From the NCBI GenBank assembly GCA_963663405.2, contig CAXXSM010000086.1, positions 1 to 39,251 on the forward strand: a stretch of DNA of 39,251 bases, given 5' to 3'. Below are positions 22,250 through 31,722 of this stretch, one piece after another (position 1 is the stretch's first letter; every line of letters starts with the position of its first letter). A model generated the notes under the pieces. The model worked only from the letters and a program-made list of their open reading frames with translations, ran no database searches and was not told where the DNA came from. The position numbers and the translations under genes were made by a program. Source of the DNA: a bacterium. Lineage in GTDB: Bacteria; Hinthialibacterota; Hinthialibacteria; Hinthialibacterales; Hinthialibacteraceae.

Positions 22250-22829
22250 CGAAGTTACTCCATTTTTGATGAAAAAGGGTTTTCAATTTCGAGCGCGCGC
22301 GCCGTAGCCGGCTATTCACAGCCTCAAAATGGATCGAAAGAATGCTTGCAATTTCTTCTCTTGGAATTTGTTCGATATAGTATAACGTTAAAATTTCCCG
22401 GTCTTTCCTTGGCAGCCGGAAAAATATCTGTAGGGCTAAAGAGTTTTTCTCTTTCTCGTTGAGTCTTTCGCACGGTGTTGTAACCGGTTCCTCGTCGCTT
22501 CCTTTACGACGAAATATCCGGGCAATGCGTTCCCGCCGGATATGGTTGATACTCAAATGACGCGCAATTTGGAACAGTAGAGCGCGAACATTGAAGATGG
22601 CCTTTCCTTTCAACACATAATTGGTCCACAGCGACAGAAACGAGTCATGCACTATATCATTCACTTCTTCAATATTCCCAGTTTGTGCAACCACATATTT
22701 CCGTAATGGGTCCTGGTAAAAACCGATGATTTTTCGGAACGCATATTCAGATCCTGTGTCTAACAGCTTTTCCAGGCTCAAATGTGATGATTGAATAGTT
22801 TCCTCATGAAATTTCGGAATCGTTTCCAT
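22242..22829 (-). CDS. ECF-type sigma factor
   Basis: Region 2 (DIVHDSFLSLW, LLFQIARH) and region 4 (LPRKDREILTL...EEIASIL...VNSRLRRAR); ATG at 22829 preferred over TTG 22859. Confidence 0.9.
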   Translation of the reverse strand: METIPKFHEETIQSSHLSLEKLLDTGSEYAFRKIIGFYQDPLRKYVVAQTGNIEEVNDIVHDSFLSLWTNYVLKGKAIFNVRALLFQIARHLSINHIRRERIARIFRRKGSDEEPVTTPCERLNEKEKNSLALQIFFRLPRKDREILTLYYIEQIPREEIASILSIHFEAVNSRLRRARSKLKTLFHQKWSNFDE

Positions 22830-22922
22830 TCTAAAGACCAATATGAGTAACGCGATCAATAAAGGGCACTTCGACTATTAGTTTTATTCGTATATAAAAA
22901 CGATTACACCAATCCATATCAA

Positions 22923-22951
22923 ATAGTCGACTTCCAATCAAAATTTGGTCA
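22923..22951 (-). promoter_or_regulatory. Putative ECF-type promoter TGACC-N16-TCGACTAT
   Basis: Same bipartite motif and spacing recur at 24430-24458. Confidence 0.6.
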
Positions 22952-22957
22952 AAAAAA

Positions 22958-24391
22958 TTAATGAATTTTCCAATTCTCAACCGCGCTGTTCACTGGGGTT
23001 GGAGTGGGCGCCGGTGTTATGTTTGGGTCATTGAAGTAGATTCGGTTTAAGAAACTGGATTGATTTTCTGTCACAAAAATGACCTCTGCGGCTCTATTGC
23101 CATCGGTGTCACCCAATATCGGTATCCCCTTGAGCGTTCCTGGAATATAGTAAGGAGGGATTCCAGCGGTCGATAAATCTTCCGTAAAAATATAAAGAAT
23201 GAATCGCTCTCCTACTTTTTGTACGGCTGGGATTTCCGCAAATGGATTCCATTGCATATTGGCCACTCCAGAAAACGGTTCAGCGTTCAAAACAGTGAAA
23301 ACCCGGACACGATTCTGAGATGGATTCATCCAGTTGAGATTCGAACCGCTTGTGAAAAACACGATTTCCGATTCCACATCTTCATCCCAGTTGCCGACCG
23401 AAAGAGTTAGGCAATCTTCTTGTTGCAGTACAAATTCGCGTATAAACCGGCCATCAAAAAGATCCAATAGGAATACTGACCGGGGAATACTCGCATCGGA
23501 ATCCTGCTGAAGCGCTGTACCAGCGATCACAATGGGATCACCATTATTGGATTGACCGATGGCTAAACGAGAGATAAACAGATCAGACCGAATCGGCTGT
23601 TCCCACAGCAAAACAGGTTCATCTGATTCTTGGCTGAACACATAGGCGTATATACAGGTAGAATATGTAGATTGAGAGAGACTAGATAAATTGGTTGTCG
23701 CCAGAATCAGATACGATTCCTTGAACAGATCATCTTGAGTGATCGCCATAACCGCCGGTGAAATGGGAGCGGGAAAATCGATTGTTGTTTTATGGTTTTT
23801 TCGTGATATATCATACATTCTCACAAAGCTATACGCGTTCTCCATATTCTCGTAAGTAATCAATTCGAGAGAACCATCATAATTGATATCCACTGCCGTA
23901 AAAATCTTCTCATTTGCATTCTCATCTTTCCCAGGAATTTGAAAGAGATGACTTTCATTTAAGACACTATAGGCTCGATGTTCTGTTTTACCGTTGAAAT
24001 AGGCTGAGTATAAAACGTCTTTTACTTGATCGTTATCAACATCAACCAAAGCGCTAAGGTGAATCGATGGTTTTGTGGAGCCAATCATTGGGATCGTGTC
24101 AATGGATTGGGTTGTAAAATCGATAATATAAATGTTCTGGTGATCAACCGATTGGCCGATCACTTCTTGCATTCCATCCTGATCCAGATCGGCGCACAAT
24201 AGATTTTCAAGGATTGTAGGGATTTGAATAGAATCAACATTCAAGAAATTCTGTATGTTTGTATTAGTGAATGGAAATTCTAAAAATGCGCTGGATCTCC
24301 TGTTGGCAAAAGGATGATCCCAATCACTCTCCGAATTCGCAGGAATCGGAGAAGTGAGAATGCCCATCAACAAAACAAAGAAATATATCAT
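22958..24391 (-). CDS. Secreted FG-GAP/VCBS-like beta-propeller protein
   Basis: Signal peptide; DLDQDGMQEV, DVDNDQVKD, DINYDGSLE, DTDGNRAAE loops; PT linker and SAVENWKIH tail. Confidence 0.8.
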   Translation of the reverse strand: MIYFFVLLMGILTSPIPANSESDWDHPFANRRSSAFLEFPFTNTNIQNFLNVDSIQIPTILENLLCADLDQDGMQEVIGQSVDHQNIYIIDFTTQSIDTIPMIGSTKPSIHLSALVDVDNDQVKDVLYSAYFNGKTEHRAYSVLNESHLFQIPGKDENANEKIFTAVDINYDGSLELITYENMENAYSFVRMYDISRKNHKTTIDFPAPISPAVMAITQDDLFKESYLILATTNLSSLSQSTYSTCIYAYVFSQESDEPVLLWEQPIRSDLFISRLAIGQSNNGDPIVIAGTALQQDSDASIPRSVFLLDLFDGRFIREFVLQQEDCLTLSVGNWDEDVESEIVFFTSGSNLNWMNPSQNRVRVFTVLNAEPFSGVANMQWNPFAEIPAVQKVGERFILYIFTEDLSTAGIPPYYIPGTLKGIPILGDTDGNRAAEVIFVTENQSSFLNRIYFNDPNITPAPTPTPVNSAVENWKIH

Positions 24392-24429
24392 TCGGATTCA
24401 ATATCGAATTCAAAATTGTTTTCTTTAGT

Positions 24430-24458
24430 ATAGTCGATATTTCATATTCATCTGGTCA
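24430..24458 (-). promoter_or_regulatory. Putative ECF-type promoter TGACC-N16-TCGACTAT
   Basis: Identical half-sites and 16-nt spacer to 22923-22951. Confidence 0.6.
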
Positions 24459-24739
24459 TCAAAATTTTCAATTATCAACCAGAAAAAGAAGGATTGAAGA
24501 AACGCCTTCATTCTCCATTTAACGTTTCGTAACACTTTACTAATGATATGAAAAAAGTCTATAGTTTTTTACATTTGGCTGGTTTATCTCAAAAATGTGC
24601 GGATTCGTAGTATCGATATCCTGGAATTTATTATTGGATTGAATAGGTGAAAGAGCGATTATTGAATTTTCTCGGCAAATGTTCCTTTCATCATGAATTT
24701 AATAGAATAATTCATCATATTGAAAAATTGGAATGTTAA

Positions 24740-26299
24740 ATGAACTCACTAAATCGATTGACTTGTCTTCTGTTCTTGTTTCTATTCGTCACAATCTCTT
24801 ACTCATACACCGCTAACCACTGGCTCACACAATGGGGAAATCCCCAAAGGACTCGGTATTTTTCATCAGATTATATTCCTTCTCAAAAAGCCACCCGATT
24901 GACAAAAAGAACAATTCAATTGCCATTCCCAATTGAAGAATTATTCTATACGGCGGACGTTACTGGAGATGGAAAAGCCGAGTTCGTCTCGTTGATTCAA
25001 GATCCACCTTCGATCTTGATCGTGGATCTTACGAATGAATCATACGAACAGATTCCATTAGAAAAAAGTCCTCATCTGACGGAAGAGGATACTGAAATCC
25101 AATATGAGATTATTCAACTAGTGGACTATGATGGTGAACCAGGATTGGAGGTTTTTTGCGAAGTCCTGCCAGTTGTTCCCGGATCGTATTATGATGGCAA
25201 ACCGACATTTTACCAGATTGTTTCTCCCCGGCTCAAAAAAGTCATCCATCGATTTTCTGGTATTACCATTGAAGACCGGAGTGGTGATGGAATGTGGAGT
25301 GGGAGCGAAATCGCTTCCATTTTATTCAAGGATCAAACAGATCAATGGAAAATGGCCGCGTGCATGTCTGCCGGTCACGAGGATTACAAACCAAGGTCGA
25401 TCAATATATACAACATTGAAAACGGTCAGTTGGAGGCACAATTTCATACGGCCACGAGCACACGGAAGATTTCATTGCTGAAAACAGAAAGCGATGAAAT
25501 ATTGATCACGCTTTGGTCTCACACTCCTGATAATTGGATACGGATCAATGGAGAGATTCAATACGATGAAGATGGAAATAAAATTAATGTTAGTGAGATT
25601 TTGGATGAAAAGGTAGTAACCGATAAAGAAGGTTATAGTATCTGTTTGAACTATAATGGATCGCTGAACGAAGACGCGCTCCAATTACGCTGGTATTCAA
25701 AAATTGTGGATTACTGTTCCATCAATTCAGCAATTATCCAAGATTCCCTGAACAGAAATCTTGCCGTAGATTTATGGCATATCGTTCGCGCTTGGGATCC
25801 GCTATCCGCTGGAGGAATATGCATTTTTGATTTAGAAACGGGAGAAACAATAAATGAATTTCAAGCCGATGAGGGATTATCGTTTGAGCATATCATCGCT
25901 CCACCCCATAGTGATAGGATTTACACACGAATTTACGAACTTCCCCATTTAGTCCAATACAATATCCAAAATGGTGAAAGTAAAATTGTTGAATTATCCG
26001 ACAATTCCATCGTGCAATTAGAACTGATTGGGGCGGCGGATATGGATGGCGGCGGTGAGTATGATATTGTTGTTATGAGTAATGCCTCGGGTGAATTTGA
26101 ACTAATTGTTCTGGATACAGATCTGAACGAAAAAACCTCCATTCCAATTCCTCCATCCTATAAAACCGCTGTTTTTGGGGACGCGAATCAGGATGGATAT
26201 CCAGAAGTCTATTTGATCGATCAAAATACCAACCAGAGTCTCACCATTATTGAATACGGCAATCCTTCTTCTTTTTTCCCGTTTAACGATTACAAATAA
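24740..26299 (+). CDS. Secreted FG-GAP/VCBS-like beta-propeller protein
   Basis: Signal peptide; DVTGDGKAE, DYDGEPGLE, DMDGGGEYD, DANQDGYPE loops. Confidence 0.8.
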   Translation: MNSLNRLTCLLFLFLFVTISYSYTANHWLTQWGNPQRTRYFSSDYIPSQKATRLTKRTIQLPFPIEELFYTADVTGDGKAEFVSLIQDPPSILIVDLTNESYEQIPLEKSPHLTEEDTEIQYEIIQLVDYDGEPGLEVFCEVLPVVPGSYYDGKPTFYQIVSPRLKKVIHRFSGITIEDRSGDGMWSGSEIASILFKDQTDQWKMAACMSAGHEDYKPRSINIYNIENGQLEAQFHTATSTRKISLLKTESDEILITLWSHTPDNWIRINGEIQYDEDGNKINVSEILDEKVVTDKEGYSICLNYNGSLNEDALQLRWYSKIVDYCSINSAIIQDSLNRNLAVDLWHIVRAWDPLSAGGICIFDLETGETINEFQADEGLSFEHIIAPPHSDRIYTRIYELPHLVQYNIQNGESKIVELSDNSIVQLELIGAADMDGGGEYDIVVMSNASGEFELIVLDTDLNEKTSIPIPPSYKTAVFGDANQDGYPEVYLIDQNTNQSLTIIEYGNPSSFFPFNDYK

Positions 26300-26365
26300 G
26301 GGCTTATGGATTTCAGTCTTTCATGCGGGATAGTATGCTTGAGTCTTCCAATGTGAACTGGCGGC

Positions 26366-26722
26366 CTAGGGCCGACACTCGATTGGCAAGGGAACCATCA
26401 TCCTGGCCCCAGATAGATGCGCTAAACCCTGGTTGAGAATCCGTTTATCATACGTATGTTCTTCTTCCAACGCGCCTTTTTCATGCAGGCATTGAACGCC
26501 TTTCTGAGAGAGTGAATAAATGAATTCCGGCCGCCCTGGCTGCCCGCGTACAACTCGCTTTCTTTCGATCACGTAATCCAAGCAAAACAGTTTCGACATC
26601 CGCCTGCGGATGGTCCGAACATGGGCGCCTTCCAGGACGGCGATTTGCTTGACAGTCAAAAGCCGGTATTCCGCAATCAAGTACGCCAATTTCAGGTCTT
26701 TCGAATCGATTTTTTGATTCAT
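26366..26722 (-). pseudogene. Replic_Relax (replication-relaxation)-like protein, N-terminal wHTH only, probably truncated
   Basis: YRLLTVKQIA...RRRMSKL...GRPEFIYSLSQKG pattern; GGAGG RBS; no nuclease domain follows. Confidence 0.6.
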
Positions 26723-26890
26723 GATGTTTCCTCCATCTTTTTTATAAAAATAAGCGGGAAGAAATGACCAGAAATTTCAATTGAGCAAATCCACACGAAG
26801 GAATCCTCTATTGCTGAGGGTTGCATTGGAAATCTATGATAAGCGAGATAAGCAAAACCTGTTTGTAGCAAATTTGATTCATTTAAAAAA

Positions 26891-26906
26891 CCGAAACATT
26901 TAAATA
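26891..26906 (+). promoter_or_regulatory. Archaeal-type BRE-TATA motif
   Basis: CCGAAACA-TTTAAATA, upstream of GGTGA RBS (26942) and the 26943/26952 ORF. Confidence 0.65.
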
Positions 26907-26942
26907 CAGGTTCATCACCACTTTATAGAAACAACATCAGCG

Positions 26943-27536
26943 GTGATTGCATTGAATTTCGGACAATCAAACTACAATCAACATACGCCCTATATGGGCT
27001 TGGAATCGAGAACGGATTATTTGAATTCTTCTTCATCGGTTTATTCCCAATCTAAATCCTTGTCCCTGAAACAACCGGACACTTATTCTGGAGAGATTGA
27101 CTCGGCCACGGTTTCCTCCCCTACTCACTTGGATGCGCTGACTGATGGAATCCAATCCGAAAAATCGAGGGATCCGATCCATCGTTTTCTGGCGGATAAA
27201 AAAGCGTTTTTATCAAATAGCGTGGAAGATATTTTGGGGATGATTTATGAACGGGAATATTTACGGGATACGAATTGTTACCGGATCGATCGCGATTCCT
27301 GTTACATCTCACAGAAACTGTATGAAATCTATTACATTCCCCTTGGGCTGAATCCCAACATCGATAAACTGCGCTCCAATCTCGAACGGGAGATGATTGC
27401 GTTTGAACGGGAGAAGCGGATGGAATCGGTAGCGTGCTGGCGGGATATCACTCGCTTAAAAGGCGACCTGCGGGAAGTCATGCGGGAATTTTCCCAAGAG
27501 AATCGTAAAGGTTATCTGCTGTCAGGTGATCGATAA
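26943..27536 (+). CDS. Hypothetical helical protein, upstream partner of ATPase
   Basis: Long ORF ending 2 nt before ATPase start; real start may be TTG 26952 after GGTGA. Confidence 0.7.
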   Translation: MIALNFGQSNYNQHTPYMGLESRTDYLNSSSSVYSQSKSLSLKQPDTYSGEIDSATVSSPTHLDALTDGIQSEKSRDPIHRFLADKKAFLSNSVEDILGMIYEREYLRDTNCYRIDRDSCYISQKLYEIYYIPLGLNPNIDKLRSNLEREMIAFEREKRMESVACWRDITRLKGDLREVMREFSQENRKGYLLSGDR

Positions 27537-27538
27537 AA

Positions 27539-29521
27539 ATGGAGGTCTATGAATTATGCCGGAAGCTGAAACCGGTGTTAGGCGGCCGGGCGGATCGATT
27601 GTGGTTGGCCTATCTGGCCGAGGACAATCGCGGGAAACAGGAATTGGAGATCGCATTGCAGTTGTTAGCCGCTCAACATCTGGGCGTAAACGTTCAGGTC
27701 CCTGATGTTCATTTATCCGCTCCGCCACAGGATAAAGCTGATGGAACGTATAACCTTGGTTCGGTGGTCTATTGCGATCGGCCGCTTCACGCATTTGGGC
27801 TCCGAGAAGATGAACTGATCCAGCATACAGCGATCTTTGGCCGGTCGGGAGCGGGGAAAACCAATACGGTGTTTGTCCTTCTGGAGAGTTTTCTTAATCA
27901 AAAAAAGCCGTTCCTTTTGTTCGACTGGAAGCGGAATTATCGGGATCTTTTATCTGTGCGGGAGGATGAAATTTTAGTTTATACAGTGGGAGGGCAGACC
28001 GTTCCCTTCGCATTCAATCCATTGATACCTCCGGAAGGAACCAGCGCGGCGGTTTGGCTCAAAAAAATGATCGAGATCATCGCTCACTCCTATTACTTGG
28101 GAGAGGGCGTCATGTATCTTCTCCAGGAAGCGATCGATGCGGTGTATCACTCGTTCGGTGTGTACAAAGGAAATCCCCCCAAATACCCCACCTTTCAAGA
28201 TGTTCTGGAATGGCTGGAAAAACACCCAGTGAAAGGACGAAAAGCGCAATGGATGGATTCCGCTTTGCGGGGCGTTCGATCGATCTGTTTTGGGCATATG
28301 GGGAACGTGATGAACACCAGCGTGCAATCGAATGTGGCCAATCTCTTGGGCAAGAATGTGATCCTGGAGTTGGATAACCTGACCAACGCGGATAAAACAT
28401 TCACGATCGAGTCGCTCCTGCTGTGGATTCATCATTACCGATTGACGCAGCCGGACCGGGAGACCTTCAAACACGCCATGATCATCGAGGAAGCGCATCA
28501 CATTTTACTGAAACGTTCCGGCGCCGGGAGCGGCGGGGAAGCGATTACCGACACCATTCTCCGGGAAATCCGGGAATTGGGGGAAGGGATTGTGTTGGTA
28601 GATCAGCATCCGAGTTTGATCTCGATTCCCGCGATGGGCAACACCTACGCCACGATCTGCATGAATCTGAAACACCGGTCCGATGTCAACGCGGCGGGTG
28701 GGGCGATGCTGATTGACAATGAAGAGCGGGAATTATTGGGCCGGCTGCCAATCGGTCGGGCGGTCGTCAAACTCCAGGGCCGTTGGCTGCAACCGTTTGA
28801 GATCTCGATTCCTCACCGCAAAATCCCCAAAGGTTCAGTGAACGATACCGCTTTGGCGCAACACATGGTGGAATGGAATATCCTTAATCCCTATGCGGAT
28901 TATGAGGAAATCGTAAATGGTGATGAGGATGCTATCACTATCCAATTGAATGAGAAAGAAAAAACCTTTTTGATCGATGTGTTTCAGAATCCACTGTATG
29001 GCGCGGTGGAGCGGTACCGGCATCTTCATCTTAGCCGCAGGAAAGGAAACGCGATTCGGGAAGCGTGTATCGAAAAAGGATTGATTGAACCGGAGGAGAT
29101 TCGGACATACAGCGGAAAAACAGTTCTGCTGGGATTAACGCCAAATGGAAAAACAATCTTGCGTAATTTGGGATATGACGTTCCGGATAAATCCCGTTGG
29201 GGCAGTTTGGAACATGAGTTCTGGAAAGAAAAAGCCGCCCAACAATTCGTTCATTTGGATTGGACCGTAACGAAAGAAGAATCCGGCCATGGATATACCG
29301 ATCTTGTGGCGGAAAAGAACGGCCAAAAAATTGCGGTGGAGATTGAAACGGGAAAATCAAATTGGAGGGAAAATATCCGGAAGAATCTAGCGGGAGATTA
29401 TCGAGGGATTTTCATCCTAACTACCAAACCAGAAACGCAGAATCAGATTCTAAAAGTGATCGATGAAATGGAAACCAAGATCCCCATCAAAGTGAAACAA
29501 GTCCAAGATTTCGTGAAATAA
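27539..29521 (+). CDS. HerA/VirB4/FtsK-like ATPase (DUF87) with C-terminal wHTH and PD-(D/E)xK-like domain
   Basis: Walker A GRSGAGKT, Walker B IIEEAH, REIRELGEG..LVDQHPS; C-terminal EHEFW...TDLVAEK...IAVEIETG. Confidence 0.85.
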   Translation: MEVYELCRKLKPVLGGRADRLWLAYLAEDNRGKQELEIALQLLAAQHLGVNVQVPDVHLSAPPQDKADGTYNLGSVVYCDRPLHAFGLREDELIQHTAIFGRSGAGKTNTVFVLLESFLNQKKPFLLFDWKRNYRDLLSVREDEILVYTVGGQTVPFAFNPLIPPEGTSAAVWLKKMIEIIAHSYYLGEGVMYLLQEAIDAVYHSFGVYKGNPPKYPTFQDVLEWLEKHPVKGRKAQWMDSALRGVRSICFGHMGNVMNTSVQSNVANLLGKNVILELDNLTNADKTFTIESLLLWIHHYRLTQPDRETFKHAMIIEEAHHILLKRSGAGSGGEAITDTILREIRELGEGIVLVDQHPSLISIPAMGNTYATICMNLKHRSDVNAAGGAMLIDNEERELLGRLPIGRAVVKLQGRWLQPFEISIPHRKIPKGSVNDTALAQHMVEWNILNPYADYEEIVNGDEDAITIQLNEKEKTFLIDVFQNPLYGAVERYRHLHLSRRKGNAIREACIEKGLIEPEEIRTYSGKTVLLGLTPNGKTILRNLGYDVPDKSRWGSLEHEFWKEKAAQQFVHLDWTVTKEESGHGYTDLVAEKNGQKIAVEIETGKSNWRENIRKNLAGDYRGIFILTTKPETQNQILKVIDEMETKIPIKVKQVQDFVK

Positions 29522-29729
29522 GGAAAAATAAAATCTCTGGAGTGAAACACCGTGTCAAAGGAATCCGATTTCAGTGATTCCAGGAGTATTTACCTTTCAT
29601 ATTTCAATTGACCCTCTATAGAGCCTATTTCATTCCAGGATAAATAGAATCTTGGAATATCTTCATTCGGAAGAATCCGTTGGATAATTCCAAGATTCAT
29701 AATCATGCAATGCATGGGATAATTGATCT

Positions 29730-30614
29730 TCAATCAACAACCATGGGCTGTGATTTCTTCCCCTCTTTTGTGAGAGATTCAATCTGAGTAATGATGGTGG
29801 ATGCGCATCGGCGGATCTTCTCCAGACGATTGAGCAGTTTGTTTTTATCGCCTTCCCACAGGCGGATGTAATCGGACGACGCTTGGATAGCCTGTACGCT
29901 GAACCGTTCACAGACGACACAAGCGACGGCTTCGGCCTCCAATTCACGCAGTGGACGGGAATCGTTGGTTGTTTGTCTTTGATGAAGCAATTCATGGGCG
30001 AATTCATGCGCAAGCACAGCGAAGGTTTCCGCGGAATCCATTCCCTTTTTGATCGTGATGGATCCTTTTTTGGAATAGCCGTATGCCCGGCCTGCGTACC
30101 CATAATCGAGCTGGATTCCATTGTTACGAACAGCTTGCTCCAGCATGGAAAGACGTTGTCTCGCTTCACCTTGTGCTCGAAACGGTTCGGGTAACTTTGA
30201 GCCGTGTGTCTGCGCTAGATCGAAAACACAGACCACACGAAACGAATGTATTGTGTCTTCCTCAAATGGTACTTTCGAGTCTTCTTGCTTTGTTTCTTTT
30301 GACTGTATTGAAACTGTTTTCTTTTTGGTGCAAACCGGAGCGAGGACACGGACGGCTTTCTCGCCACGTTTAATAGATCGATGAAGGCGTTTCCAGGTTT
30401 GGAATCCGGCGACTTGCGTGGCTTCAGGGCGTTGGGCCAAAATGAGAAATTGATTGGAGGTGGAGTAGGTATGGAAAAGCGCCATGGTTTTCAGGTATCG
30501 AGTCATCTCGGTGGAGTATCCTTGTTCCAGATGTTCTCCCAATTTGGCGATGGTCTCCTGGATGATTTTCCGGCTTTGTTTAATTCGATCTTTGGTAGTT
30601 TGGTTTGGTTTCAT
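29730..30614 (-). CDS. ArdC-like ssDNA-binding/antirestriction protein with zincin motif
   Basis: FHTYSTSNQFLI..QRPEATQVAGFQTW....RSIKRGEKA, VFDLAQT, HEFAH, ELEAEAVA; GGAGG RBS before ATG 30614. Confidence 0.85.
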   Translation of the reverse strand: MKPNQTTKDRIKQSRKIIQETIAKLGEHLEQGYSTEMTRYLKTMALFHTYSTSNQFLILAQRPEATQVAGFQTWKRLHRSIKRGEKAVRVLAPVCTKKKTVSIQSKETKQEDSKVPFEEDTIHSFRVVCVFDLAQTHGSKLPEPFRAQGEARQRLSMLEQAVRNNGIQLDYGYAGRAYGYSKKGSITIKKGMDSAETFAVLAHEFAHELLHQRQTTNDSRPLRELEAEAVACVVCERFSVQAIQASSDYIRLWEGDKNKLLNRLEKIRRCASTIITQIESLTKEGKKSQPMVVD

Positions 30615-30792
30615 TTGTATCCTCCGGCCAACTGGCCACTCTTGGACCAGTTGGCTGGAGGATCTCATCGAGTGAATTTTTCAAGATCCAATTGTGAGAA
30701 GTGAGTACCAGGTTAACGAAAGGTCAATCAAGGAAAAACAGCTGGATTATGTCCACTAATAATTTTCAATATGGAAGATAATTCCTCAAAAA

Positions 30793-30810
30793 AAGGGGAT
30801 TTCTCCCCTT
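30793..30810 (-). terminator. Probable intrinsic terminator
   Basis: Minus strand AAGGGGA-GAAA-TCCCCTT followed by a T run, just after the 30830 stop. Confidence 0.6.
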
Positions 30811-30829
30811 CAGTTCATCACAATCAATC

Positions 30830-31180
30830 CTAACGCAAGAACAGATAATACCATCGCCGTTTTGGCTTCTGGCTTTCCGTTTCACGATGAATCCGTTGAC
30901 GTTCCAGTTCAGAAAGTTTCCGGCCGATCTCTTCGGTGGTTTCTTCCTGAGCTACAGCCCGATAGGCTGTTACGCTTTTGAAGATCACGGATTGATACTT
31001 TGCTTCGACGATATCGATCAGTTCGAGGATCGCTGCGCCAATTCGAGCGGCTTTGACATGCTCTTGGAGATCGTTGAAGTGACTATCGAAAATCGATTGT
31101 TCGGTCAGGATATCTCGCAGTCCTCGGCCTACATTTCGATTCGATTTTGCGTTAGCTGTTTTACTACCGTTATTATTCAT
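30830..31180 (-). CDS. Hypothetical coiled-coil protein
   Basis: AAAGGA RBS before MNNNGSK at 31180; basic/aromatic C-terminus KRRWYYLFLR. Confidence 0.65.
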   Translation of the reverse strand: MNNNGSKTANAKSNRNVGRGLRDILTEQSIFDSHFNDLQEHVKAARIGAAILELIDIVEAKYQSVIFKSVTAYRAVAQEETTEEIGRKLSELERQRIHRETESQKPKRRWYYLFLR

Positions 31181-31202
31181 GATTTTGTTCCTTTCTAGTT
31201 TT

Positions 31203-31673
31203 TTAGATTTCTTGCCAGACCGATCCGGAATTGATGCCGGGGGCAATGGCGTGCGCGGCGGCTGTCAGCGTTCGATAGACTGTCCCATTGAACAGGATGG
31301 ATCGACCATCGGAGCGTTTGTTGGATGGATCGTCCACGATGACGGCTTCGTAGGTTTGGCCCCGGTAGATGGTTTGAATCGTGGAACCAACCGGTGGGAT
31401 TTCCAATGGTTTGCGGGTGTGTTCGGGGATGTATTGCTCATCGCCGGTTTGGTTTGGAATCTTGGTTTGGATTTTCTCCTTTCTTTTTGGCTTTGAACTT
31501 TGATTCAGTGTTGGCGGTGATTTGACACTTGGTTGTGATTTGTTCGAATCACAATCGATGAGACGTCTTTCTTGTTCACGTATGCAATCGGTTTGGATGC
31601 CACAGCTCGCGCATTCCGGAGCGATGGGATCAAACAGGGCGAAACAGGATGGATTTTGGACACAGGTATCCAT
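31203..31673 (-). CDS. Cys-cluster plus DUF2924/RAMA-like DNA-binding protein
   Basis: AGGAG RBS; C-x9-C-x2-C-x5-C; PPVGSTI...YRGQTY...FNGTVYRTLTAAAHAI. Confidence 0.65.
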   Translation of the reverse strand: MDTCVQNPSCFALFDPIAPECASCGIQTDCIREQERRLIDCDSNKSQPSVKSPPTLNQSSKPKRKEKIQTKIPNQTGDEQYIPEHTRKPLEIPPVGSTIQTIYRGQTYEAVIVDDPSNKRSDGRSILFNGTVYRTLTAAAHAIAPGINSGSVWQEI

Positions 31674-31722
31674 TGATAAATCTCCTTTCGATATTGGTTA
31701 AATTTTTAAGAAGAATTGGTTA

